Shown here: one piece after another, positions 28,015 to 36,817 of the stretch
How positions within the stretch are numbered: position 1 is the first letter of the stretch
Layout of the letters: the number at the start of each line of letters is the position of its first letter
Source: an uncultured Azospirillum sp.
Lineage (GTDB): Bacteria > Pseudomonadota > Alphaproteobacteria > RF32 > CAG-239
Length of the DNA: 64,000 bases
Reading direction: 5' to 3'
NCBI GenBank assembly: GCA_900538765.1
Contig: UQAB01000002.1
Location: 82,046-146,045, forward strand
Translations under genes and position numbers: made by a program
Notes under the pieces: generated by a model
The model's database searches: none
Told to the model about the DNA's origin: nothing
Seen by the model: the letters and a program-made list of their open reading frames with translations, nothing else

Positions 28015-28830
28015 CTACTTTAGCCACAGCTTTGGCGAATTTTCCCGCATGACCGTAAATTGAGGGTCTGCAAGAATAAGGCCGTCCCCGATTACAAAAT
28101 GTTCAAAATTTGTTGTCTGCAACAGACTTCGGCTTCGGGCGTCTTTCATACAGCATTGTACCCACTCCCTGGTAACAACCAATCCCTGATAATAAACCGT
28201 CAGAACATCTGTTTTGCTGTATCGGCCATTGCTGTAATAATCCCGTCGGATAAGTTTGAAACCAAGTGCCTGCGGCTTATAGGTAATATACTTCACAGCC
28301 TCCGAAACGGTTGAGAAAACATCTTCCGAATTGGGAATGCCGATAATCTCCGCCGTCAAATCGCTGCCGACAATATAAGAACCGTTTCCTAAACTCTTTT
28401 CTCTGCATTTCAACAAAAGCGGAATAATCGCATCGCTGAAAACACTGGTTGTTTCCTCGTCAAAAGCGATAACATCCTGTAACCGTTCATTATACACGAC
28501 CTCTTTAACACCGTTTTCTTCCAGGCGCTCCAGCTTATAAGCCCTCCTGCTGTCCAAAATTTTTCTGACATCCTCAAGCTTTTTCCGAACTCCGAAAGCA
28601 ATCGTTTTCTTTTTGTCACAGGAAACAAGCTTTCTGGAGGTGGAACAATAAGCAAACGCACGATTGACTTGCAGATAAAAGCCGCCATAATCGTACATCC
28701 GTTTCAAAGCTTTGATAAAAGAACGCTCCAACGGCGCCGTATTCATACTGTCAGCTTCGTGAATGTCAAACAACGGAACAAAGAACAACGCGTTTTTCGC
28801 AGCTTTCTTTTCAGTTTTTAATTGAGCCAT
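28015..28830 (-). CDS. Hypothetical protein with no family I can recognise
   Basis: 271-aa ORF with no overlapping competitor of known function. AT-rich 81-nt upstream spacer. Coding status rests on length only. Confidence 0.5.
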   Translation of the reverse strand: MAQLKTEKKAAKNALFFVPLFDIHEADSMNTAPLERSFIKALKRMYDYGGFYLQVNRAFAYCSTSRKLVSCDKKKTIAFGVRKKLEDVRKILDSRRAYKLERLEENGVKEVVYNERLQDVIAFDEETTSVFSDAIIPLLLKCREKSLGNGSYIVGSDLTAEIIGIPNSEDVFSTVSEAVKYITYKPQALGFKLIRRDYYSNGRYSKTDVLTVYYQGLVVTREWVQCCMKDARSRSLLQTTNFEHFVIGDGLILADPQFTVMRENSPKLWLK

Positions 28831-28911
28831 AATGATATGTATTTAAAATTATAAAATAAAATGATAATTAACACATAGCCAAATAAACACAGCTTAGACA
28901 AAATGTCAACT

Positions 28912-29571
28912 TTATTTTTGCGCTAACAGTTCTTTGACCTTGGCAATAACTTCCTCAAACATTTCATAAGTCAAAACGCCGGTGTTAATATTATAACGCG
29001 ATGTATGATATGAATCGACCAGCAGCAGATTGTGCCGATCAAGATGATGAACTGCACCGTGCTTAAACTTAAACGCCGCTTTTTTATACCCCAGAACCGA
29101 AAGAATTGCCCCGTGCGCAATACTGCCGAGCGCCAGAATCAGCTTCAGACGCTTCATGTCGGCAACTTCTTCCGTCAAAAACTGCCCGCAGGTACGAACT
29201 TCTTCTCCGGTCGGCTTGTTCTCCGGCGGCACACAGCGTACCGAATTGGTTACACGGACATTCAGCAGCTCAAAACCGTCGTCCTTGCGTTTTTGATAAT
29301 CGCCTTTTGCCAGCCCGAATTTTTTGAGAATAGGGTAGAGCACGTCTCCGGCATAATCGTTGGTAAACGGGCGTGCCGTCTGGTTTGCGCCATTCAGTCC
29401 CGGCGCCAGACCGGCAATCAGCACCTCGGCGTCAATCGGCCCGAAAGGCGGAACGGGACCGTTGTAATAAGTTGGAAATTTTGCGCGGTTCTGCATTCTG
29501 AATTCCACCAGACGCGGACACAAAGTGCAGTCACGTCCCGGACAAACAAAGCTCATTAATTTTCTCCTCAC
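28912..29571 (-). CDS. Uracil-DNA glycosylase, family 4/5 (UdgB-like)
   Basis: Fe-S Cys pattern CPGRDCTLCPRL and motif GLAPGLNGANQTARPFTND, closest to family 5. HTSRYN near the C-terminus. Confidence 0.8.
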   Translation of the reverse strand: MRRKLMSFVCPGRDCTLCPRLVEFRMQNRAKFPTYYNGPVPPFGPIDAEVLIAGLAPGLNGANQTARPFTNDYAGDVLYPILKKFGLAKGDYQKRKDDGFELLNVRVTNSVRCVPPENKPTGEEVRTCGQFLTEEVADMKRLKLILALGSIAHGAILSVLGYKKAAFKFKHGAVHHLDRHNLLLVDSYHTSRYNINTGVLTYEMFEEVIAKVKELLAQK

Positions 29572-29735
29572 ATAATTTTTTCTCTTACTCTACCACTAAA
29601 AAAAACAGCTTGCACCATTTTTAACGCCCCCTGTTGATGACTAATCAGCGTTGCATAACCAGGGAATAAATATTGCAATAATCTCCGCCCATGATATTTT
29701 TTTGTCATGAAAATATAATATTCGGAGAAGTTATA

Positions 29736-30083
29736 ATGAGTTCCAAAAAGAAAACCTATCTTTTTATCTTAATTTTTGCCATTATCCTGCTGGCAATCGG
29801 CTTTGCTTATGACATCGCTTTCATTAAAAGCCTCTATTATAACACGCTGACTAATGTGTCAAAACCGCTGATTCTCGTTCCTGCCGTCATCTGCGCTTTC
29901 ATCTTTTTACAAAGCGGCTACTACTGGCTGCTGATGCTTGTTTGCGCTTTCGGCGATGCCTTTGCCTACCTTTATATGGCCGGACGAAGAGTCTATAGCT
30001 TTGAACCGCTGGCAATCACCGCTTTTGCATTTTTGGTAATTGTTTACCTCCTGAACTTTGTAAAGTCGATTATTAAAGATTAA
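29736..30083 (+). CDS. Small 4-TM membrane protein, unknown function
   Basis: 115 aa from the ATG at 29736 (GGAGAAG upstream). Four hydrophobic helices. Confidence 0.5.
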   Translation: MSSKKKTYLFILIFAIILLAIGFAYDIAFIKSLYYNTLTNVSKPLILVPAVICAFIFLQSGYYWLLMLVCAFGDAFAYLYMAGRRVYSFEPLAITAFAFLVIVYLLNFVKSIIKD

Positions 30084-30107
30084 CAGCCCGAAAAAGGATA
30101 CTTAACC

Positions 30108-32450
30108 ATGGAAGACGTAATTCTGGATAACCAACCGGTTTCAGTCGTTGTGACGAAAAACGGCGGCGTTAAGCTTAAAATGCTCGGCTGGGGCTGGCAT
30201 CTCTACGGCATCATCGTCAAAGGGCTGATTATGGCGCTGCTGCTGAGCATAAACTTCTGCCTGTTTGCCAAAGCCGGCGGCTATGCCTTATTTGGCGAAG
30301 TCCTTCTGCCAAAACCTGAAATCGTCAATATCCTTTTAAGTATTTTCTGCGTTTCCATGCTGGTCATGCTGCTGCTGTCTTTTTCCGAATGGCTGCAAAA
30401 CATTATGCTGGCGCTTGTCGCCGGGCTGTTTACGGCAATGATGATTAACCAGTTCGCCCTCTTTGACAAAGACGCTTTCATGACCCGCGGTATGTTGCTG
30501 TATCTGGGTGAGGGGGCCGCAGCCTTTGTCGACGGCAGAGCCTGGCTCGTCATGAGCGGTCTTGTCGCCGCACTGACGTTGGTTTACCTCTGGATGTCCT
30601 CCCGCTCCAATCAAATGTACCTGATTGGCACGCTGGCTGTCATAAATGTCTGGATTTTATTCAGCGCCTACATGGATAGAAATAACAATAATAATTTCAT
30701 CTATGAATATGACACATCCTCCGCCGGTGTTGAAAACGGCAAAAAGTTCATAAACATCTATCTGTCCAACGCCGCGCCTTACGGTTATCTCAACGAGATG
30801 AAAGACGCCAATGCCAAAGACAATTCCAAACTGGAAAACCTGCAAAAAATCATGCTTGGCTTCTACAACCGCAACAATTTCGACATTTATACCAACGCTT
30901 ATGTCGAACACAAAGACGCGCCGAAAAACCAGGCTGAAGTTCTCAATCCTCTGGTCAGCGGAAACAAAAACTTCACCACGCCTGCTTCGCATCAATGCTG
31001 CGACTGGCAGTTCCGTCCCATAAAAGACAAAACCGACTATCTGCTCGGCAGCCGTCTGACCGAGATTTTCAAAAAATCTCAATACAAAGTGTCGGCATAC
31101 CAGTCCCGCGGATTGGATATGTGTCACCTCTATGGCCAGCAATCGCTTGACCGCTGCCTGAACAAAGCCAGTCTGCCGGCGGACGTCAGCGTCCTCGCTG
31201 CCGCCACTTCCGAAAAAATCAAACTGCTCTACGGCCAATGGCTGGAAAGCACCGGATTGTTTGCACCGGATTCTGTTGCCGCCGCTTTTCTTCCGGATTC
31301 ATTCAAAAACCGTTACGACAAGCTTTATGTAGTCAATTCTCTGCAGGCTCTGGATTTAGCCGCTATCGATATTGCCAACGACAAGGGCAGCGGCGCCTAT
31401 CTTGTCTATGTTGACATGCCGGCAGATATGTTTATCTATAACGAATTCTGCATGGTTAAACCGACAGAGCAATGGCTGCCCATGCATGACCGTGGCAGCG
31501 CTGACAGCTCCGGAACTCAAGCACGCCGCAACGCTTACGCAGAACAATATGCCTGCCTCCTAGGCAAACTCCAAAACTTTATGGACACCCTGACCGCCAA
31601 AGGTGCTGATAAAAATGCCGTTGTCGTCATTGAAGGCGTCAGTAGCGCTCAGGATAAAGAATATAAGGAAACAGATCGCACAGAGCTGAATTTTGGCGCC
31701 AATCATGCCGTCACCATGGCAATCCGCGATCCCTTGCATAAAGAAAAACTAATAAAGACGGAAATCTGCAAAGCCTCGGACATAACCGCCGCCTATTTGT
31801 TCAAAAAAGCCCAATGTACGGAGTTTAAAGGGCTGAATTTGAACGAAGAAGACCGGACACAGTTGAAAAAAGCGCTTTCCGCCCGCAGCATCACGCCGGA
31901 AGAAATCAGCAAAGCCGACAACTTCTTTATCCACTGGTATCCGTATTGGCAGAAAGCCAACGGCATTGAAGTTAAAGAACTTCCGAGCGAAACAGCTGTA
32001 AAACCGGAACAACAAGCACCGGACAAAACAGCCCCGCAACCGGCAGATGTAAACAAACCGGCGCCCATAACCGAGAATACCATTGTCAAAGAAAACAAAA
32101 TCATTGAAAAGGAAATCCCGGTTGAACCAGAAGCGCCAACTGCCAGCCTTAAGGCCGAAATGCTCAAAAATCCGCTGACAGAAGAAACACCGGCCATAGA
32201 CACACCGGAAAGCCAGCCGGAAGCAGCCGTACGACCTGAAGCAAGTACAACCCAAACACAACCAGCGGACAAACAGGAAAATGAACCTCAACCACAACCG
32301 ATTGAAAATATTGAAACGGTAAAAAACGAGACGCCTCTGTCATCAAACACTGCTGACGCGCCTGAAAATCTTCTGCCGCAAAGCAACGAAGCCTCCCGCC
32401 AGCCGGATAATACTGCGGCAACCACGGCACCAGCTGCGGACAAACAATGA
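30108..32450 (+). CDS. Large membrane protein: N-terminal multi-TM block, extracytoplasmic domain, Pro/Glu/Gln-rich tail; family unknown
   Basis: 780 aa with about 6 TM helices in residues 30-200 and a low-complexity tail from about residue 610. Stop overlaps the yejE start (ATGA at 32447-32450). Confidence 0.6.
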   Translation: MEDVILDNQPVSVVVTKNGGVKLKMLGWGWHLYGIIVKGLIMALLLSINFCLFAKAGGYALFGEVLLPKPEIVNILLSIFCVSMLVMLLLSFSEWLQNIMLALVAGLFTAMMINQFALFDKDAFMTRGMLLYLGEGAAAFVDGRAWLVMSGLVAALTLVYLWMSSRSNQMYLIGTLAVINVWILFSAYMDRNNNNNFIYEYDTSSAGVENGKKFINIYLSNAAPYGYLNEMKDANAKDNSKLENLQKIMLGFYNRNNFDIYTNAYVEHKDAPKNQAEVLNPLVSGNKNFTTPASHQCCDWQFRPIKDKTDYLLGSRLTEIFKKSQYKVSAYQSRGLDMCHLYGQQSLDRCLNKASLPADVSVLAAATSEKIKLLYGQWLESTGLFAPDSVAAAFLPDSFKNRYDKLYVVNSLQALDLAAIDIANDKGSGAYLVYVDMPADMFIYNEFCMVKPTEQWLPMHDRGSADSSGTQARRNAYAEQYACLLGKLQNFMDTLTAKGADKNAVVVIEGVSSAQDKEYKETDRTELNFGANHAVTMAIRDPLHKEKLIKTEICKASDITAAYLFKKAQCTEFKGLNLNEEDRTQLKKALSARSITPEEISKADNFFIHWYPYWQKANGIEVKELPSETAVKPEQQAPDKTAPQPADVNKPAPITENTIVKENKIIEKEIPVEPEAPTASLKAEMLKNPLTEETPAIDTPESQPEAAVRPEASTTQTQPADKQENEPQPQPIENIETVKNETPLSSNTADAPENLLPQSNEASRQPDNTAATTAPAADKQ

Positions 32451-33472
32451 CATTATCTCCCCTGACTCAGCGCCGGCTCAGCTCTTTTCGCCACAACAAA
32501 AGAGCTTGTCTGGCGTTGTTTCTGTTTTTGCTGATAATGTTCATCACCTGTTTTTCAGAATTAATTGCCAATGATAAGCCTTTGATTGCCAAATATAAAG
32601 GACAATACCTTTTTCCGCTGGTTGTAACCTACAACGATGACTTCTTTGGTGGCGACTTTCCGACCGAAGCAGACTACAAAGATCCGTTTATCGTCAGCCA
32701 AATCAATCAAAACGGCTGGATGATAATGCCGATAATTCCGTTTTCTTTCAATACGGTAGACTATAATCTTGACAAGCCGACACCAACACCGCCCTCAGCC
32801 GCCCACTGGCTGGGAACTGATGACGAGGGCAGGGACATTGTTGCCCGGATTTTATATGGCATTCGCCTGTCCGTGGTTTTTGCCTTTGTTCTGACGCTGT
32901 TTTCATCGCTGATAGGCATTTTTGCCGGTGCTGTTCAGGGATATTTCGGCGGAAAAACCGACATCATTATGCAAAGGATCATTGAAATCTGGGAAGCTCT
33001 GCCGCAGTTGTTCATATTGATTATTGCCGCCAGCATTTTCACACCGGGTTTCTGGACTTTGCTGATTATCCTGCTTTTCTTCTCCTGGACCAGCCTGACA
33101 TCTGTTGTCCGCGCCGAATTTCTGCGTGTGCGCAATTTTGAGTTTGTCAAAGCTGCCAAGGCTCTTGGTGTAGGTAATGGCCGTATCATCCGCCGCCATA
33201 TTCTTCCTAATGCCGTCATTGCTACCATAACATTTGTCCCGTTTCTCCTCTCTGAGGCCATTGTCTCCCTGACAGCGTTGGATTTTCTCGGGCTTGGACT
33301 TTCTGAAGATTATCCCTCTCTTGGCGACTTGGTGCGCCAGGGAAAAGACAATCTTCAGGCGCCATGGATAGGCCTGAGCATATTCGTTGTTTTGTCATCG
33401 CTTCTGACCCTGCTTATTTTTATCGGGGAAGGAGTTCGTGACGCTTTTGACTCGAGGAAAACACATGGCTGA
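32447..33472 (+). CDS. yejE: Peptide/microcin C-type ABC transporter permease YejE
   Basis: 341 aa. Long periplasmic loop after TM1, HWLGTDDEGRDI motif, and an EAA-like loop typical of Opp/Dpp/Yej C-type permeases. Confidence 0.8.
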   Translation: MTLSPLTQRRLSSFRHNKRACLALFLFLLIMFITCFSELIANDKPLIAKYKGQYLFPLVVTYNDDFFGGDFPTEADYKDPFIVSQINQNGWMIMPIIPFSFNTVDYNLDKPTPTPPSAAHWLGTDDEGRDIVARILYGIRLSVVFAFVLTLFSSLIGIFAGAVQGYFGGKTDIIMQRIIEIWEALPQLFILIIAASIFTPGFWTLLIILLFFSWTSLTSVVRAEFLRVRNFEFVKAAKALGVGNGRIIRRHILPNAVIATITFVPFLLSEAIVSLTALDFLGLGLSEDYPSLGDLVRQGKDNLQAPWIGLSIFVVLSSLLTLLIFIGEGVRDAFDSRKTHG

Positions 33473-35045
33473 TTTACTTGAAGTTAAAAACCTAAGCGTA
33501 TGTTTTAACACAAACAATGGACAATCAACCGCCGTTGACAATATCAGTTTCTGTGTTGCCGGCGGCGAAATTCTCGGTATTGTCGGCGAAAGCGGATCCG
33601 GCAAATCGGTCACGGCCTTGTCCCTCCTGCAACTGCTGCCTTACCCGCAGGCTTTTCACCCGACAGGGGCATCCATTAAGTTTGATGGCCAAGAGATTAT
33701 AAATACTACAGAAAACACAATGCAAAAATTGCGCGGCAACAATATGTCCTATATTTTTCAGGAACCTATGTCGTCGCTCAACCCGTTGCATACCGTTGAA
33801 GCCCAAATTTCCGAAAGTCTGATGCTGCACCGCGGTATGAATCGGCAACAGGCACGACGGGAAACACTCCGTCTTTTGACCGCTGCCGGAATAAAAAACG
33901 CCCGTAACCGCTTGAAATCATATCCTTTTGAGCTTTCCGGCGGCCAAAGACAAAGGGTAATGATTGCCATGGCAATCGCCAATCATCCCCGGCTTTTGAT
34001 TGCCGATGAGCCGACAACTGCCTTAGACGTTACCATTCAAGAGCAAATAATTCGCTTACTCCTTGATTTAAGAAAAAAATTAGGCATGGCTATCATTTTT
34101 ATCAGCCATGATTTGCGCCTCATCCGCAAAATCGCCGACCGCATTATAGTCATGAAAGATGGCAAAATCGTCGAGCAGGGCAATACTGCTGCTATTTTCA
34201 CCAATCCAAAAAATGATTATACTAAAGAATTAATAAATTCATCTATCAGTTTGATAAATATCAATAAAGCATCAAAAGAAAATATCTTGAAAGCACAAAA
34301 TCTGACTGTTTCTTACCCGTTGAAAAAGAACTTCTGGGGCAGAGTAACGCAAACGCTTTTTGCCCTGAATAAAGTTTCTTTGGAAATAAAAAAAGGCGAA
34401 TGCCTAGGCATTGTCGGAGAAAGCGGTTCTGGCAAAACAACACTAGGCATGGTTCTGGCGCAACTCATCTCTTATCAGGGAAATATCGAACTTAAAGGTT
34501 TACCTGTTAATAGATTGAAAAATAAAGAAATTCATAAACAAATACAAATCGTTTTTCAAGATCCCTATAACTCGCTTAACCCCAGAATGAACATTGAACA
34601 AATCATCGGGGAGGGGCTGGAAATACACTTTCCACAGTTAAACCAAGAAGAACGGCGGAAACGCATCATCAACACATTAAAAGATGTCGGCTTGCCTGCT
34701 GATATTCTTAACAAATACCCTCATGAATTCTCCGGCGGACAGCGGCAGCGAATTGCTATTGCCCGCAGCCTGGTTATTTCTCCGGAAATAATTGTCTTTG
34801 ACGAACCAACCTCGGCTCTGGATGTAACGATTCAAGCTCAGGTTCTAAAAATGCTAAGTAAAATCAAAGGGAAATACAATCTAACTTATGTGTTTATTTC
34901 ACACGATATGACTGTTATCCGCGCAGTTTCCGACCGCATTGCCGTTATGTACAACGGAAAAATCATAGAGCAGGGTGAGGCTAAGCAGATTTTTGAACAT
35001 CCTCAAGAAGAATATACCCGCCGCCTCATCTCCGCCGCTTTGTAA
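33465..35045 (+). CDS. yejF: Fused double-ATPase ABC protein YejF
   Basis: Two Walker A sites ([16 protein letters not shown]), two LSGGQRQR signatures, two Walker B sites. ATG at 33465 after GAGGAAA, with 8-nt overlap with yejE. Confidence 0.85.
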   Translation: MADLLEVKNLSVCFNTNNGQSTAVDNISFCVAGGEILGIVGESGSGKSVTALSLLQLLPYPQAFHPTGASIKFDGQEIINTTENTMQKLRGNNMSYIFQEPMSSLNPLHTVEAQISESLMLHRGMNRQQARRETLRLLTAAGIKNARNRLKSYPFELSGGQRQRVMIAMAIANHPRLLIADEPTTALDVTIQEQIIRLLLDLRKKLGMAIIFISHDLRLIRKIADRIIVMKDGKIVEQGNTAAIFTNPKNDYTKELINSSISLININKASKENILKAQNLTVSYPLKKNFWGRVTQTLFALNKVSLEIKKGECLGIVGESGSGKTTLGMVLAQLISYQGNIELKGLPVNRLKNKEIHKQIQIVFQDPYNSLNPRMNIEQIIGEGLEIHFPQLNQEERRKRIINTLKDVGLPADILNKYPHEFSGGQRQRIAIARSLVISPEIIVFDEPTSALDVTIQAQVLKMLSKIKGKYNLTYVFISHDMTVIRAVSDRIAVMYNGKIIEQGEAKQIFEHPQEEYTRRLISAAL

Positions 35046-35238
35046 AAATACACGAATAAAAGAGCACTTTTGTCACTCCTGCTTTATTTAATAAGTAAAA
35101 TATTACTATACTAACATTAAACCTAAAATATATTTTATTTTGACTTCAAAAAAAAACAAAAACCCGCCATCTTAGCCAAACAAGAATTAAGAAAGCTTTC
35201 CATTGGCTTCATAAACAACTTTAGCTCTTAATGGGCAG

Positions 35239-35511
35239 TTATCTCTTTATTATTGGAACAATCCATTTTGAAAACCAAAAATCTATTGTATTTTTCATTA
35301 ACTTATCAACCATAACAATACTAATCCCCAATATTTCTGCAATTTCCTTATCTGAAAAGCCAGCATTCCTAAGTTTTTCGCAAGTATAACGCTTAGCATA
35401 CAGATTAACATTAAGATTTTCTCTGCGAGCCTCTTTGTTTACACTCTTTTGAAACTCATGAGAAACACACAGCAGCTCCAATCCTTTTTCACCATCAATA
35501 AGTATAATCAT
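35239..35511 (-). CDS. Small HTH protein (sigma-70 region 4 / LuxR-like helix-turn-helix), uncertain
   Basis: 90-aa ORF in an AT-rich islet. FSDKEIAEILGISIVMVDKLM resembles a region-4-type HTH. No clear RBS. Confidence 0.35.
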   Translation of the reverse strand: MIILIDGEKGLELLCVSHEFQKSVNKEARRENLNVNLYAKRYTCEKLRNAGFSDKEIAEILGISIVMVDKLMKNTIDFWFSKWIVPIIKR

Positions 35512-35931
35512 TATTACTCTCCCAAACTTAATATGTCAAAAAGCAGGCGAGAACGCTGCCATACAACAGATAAAACAATAAGAAAGAACAACATAATATA
35601 TAAAGAACGATACCCTCCCCGATAAACAATTTTGTCGCATAATATATATTATGTTAAATTAAGGCTTTTTTTTATGAAAGAGAGGTAAATCACAAACAAA
35701 ATAAAAAAAAGAAGTTCAATATGATTAAATATTCAAAATCCAAACATTTTACGCTCAGCTTAAGCTGTAAATATACATACAAAACTTCTGAGCTCGTTCT
35801 GAGGGCTCGATTTTTAATTAAGTTACTGTTTTATCGAAGAAAAAAAATACAGCAAGTTTATTTTCACCTTCAAACTGCACTATCTACACAAATAAAGAGC
35901 CACATGCCCGACACTTAATACGCTTTAAGCA

Positions 35932-35959
35932 CAAAAAAAGACCTGCAAACTGCAGGTCT
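35932..35959 (-). terminator. rpsD intrinsic terminator
   Basis: Stem AGACCTGCA/TGCAGGTCT with a 3-nt loop, followed on the minus strand by T7. Confidence 0.8.
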
Positions 35960-35982
35960 TCCTAAATTTTTCAAGAAAATGA

Positions 35983-36597
35983 TTATCTTGAGTAAAATTC
36001 GATAACCAGATTCGGTTCCATTGTGCAAGCATAAGGAACATCATCAAACTTCGGTACGAAAGAATACTTAGCTGTCATCTTCTTAGAATCAACTTCCAGA
36101 TAGCCCGGAACATCTCTGTTTGTAGCTTCAACGGCAGCCAAAACCATCGGCAACTGTCTGGATTTTTCTTTAATTTCAATAACATCACCGGCTTTAACCA
36201 TATAAGAAGGAATATTTACTTTCTTACCGTTAACTAAAATATGGTTGTGGTTAACAAACTGACGGGCAGCAAATACGGACGGCACAAACTTTGCTCTGTA
36301 AACCAAGTTGTCCAAACGGGATTCCAAAATACCGATAAGGTTTTCGGCAGCATCCCCTCTTCTTCTGATAGCTTCGGCATAATACTTGGCAAACTGCTTT
36401 TCAGAAATATTACCATAAGAAGCTTTCATTCTCTGCTTGGCATACAACTGAGTACCATAGTCGGTCATTTTCTTTTTTCTGGCACCATGCTGCCCCGGAG
36501 CTGTTTCTCTTTTAACAAAAGAAGCGTTGGATTCGCCCCAGATATTTGCGCCATAGCGGCGTGTGGCTTTTTTCTTAGCTTTTACAATACTTTTCAT
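35983..36597 (-). CDS. rpsD: 30S ribosomal protein S4
   Basis: 204 aa. PGQHG motif, S4 RNA-binding domain (RLDNLVYR...[22 protein letters not shown]). Confidence 0.95.
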   Translation of the reverse strand: MKSIVKAKKKATRRYGANIWGESNASFVKRETAPGQHGARKKKMTDYGTQLYAKQRMKASYGNISEKQFAKYYAEAIRRRGDAAENLIGILESRLDNLVYRAKFVPSVFAARQFVNHNHILVNGKKVNIPSYMVKAGDVIEIKEKSRQLPMVLAAVEATNRDVPGYLEVDSKKMTAKYSFVPKFDDVPYACTMEPNLVIEFYSR

Positions 36598-36817
36598 TAA
36601 AGTTTTCCTTTATTTTTATCTCAATTTCATTATTGTTCCGGTAGTTTTGGCTTAAATTCAAACCAAACGGGAAGGCACAAAAGCACACATCCGCATTCCC
36701 GGAAGTGATTGCAAGTTACCATATATTTTATAAATTTCAAGCGAAATCTGCACTCCGACATTGTTTTTTTCGCCAAATGCTGTTAAAATCCGGCCAGAAG
36801 AATAATTGAGGAATAAC

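Noticed and set aside
36598-36817. Possible S4 autoregulatory leader or shared divergent promoter between rpsD and the TPR-methyltransferase gene.
   Set aside because: I could not identify convincing -35/-10 boxes or a pseudoknot-like structure by eye, so there is nothing to support a call.
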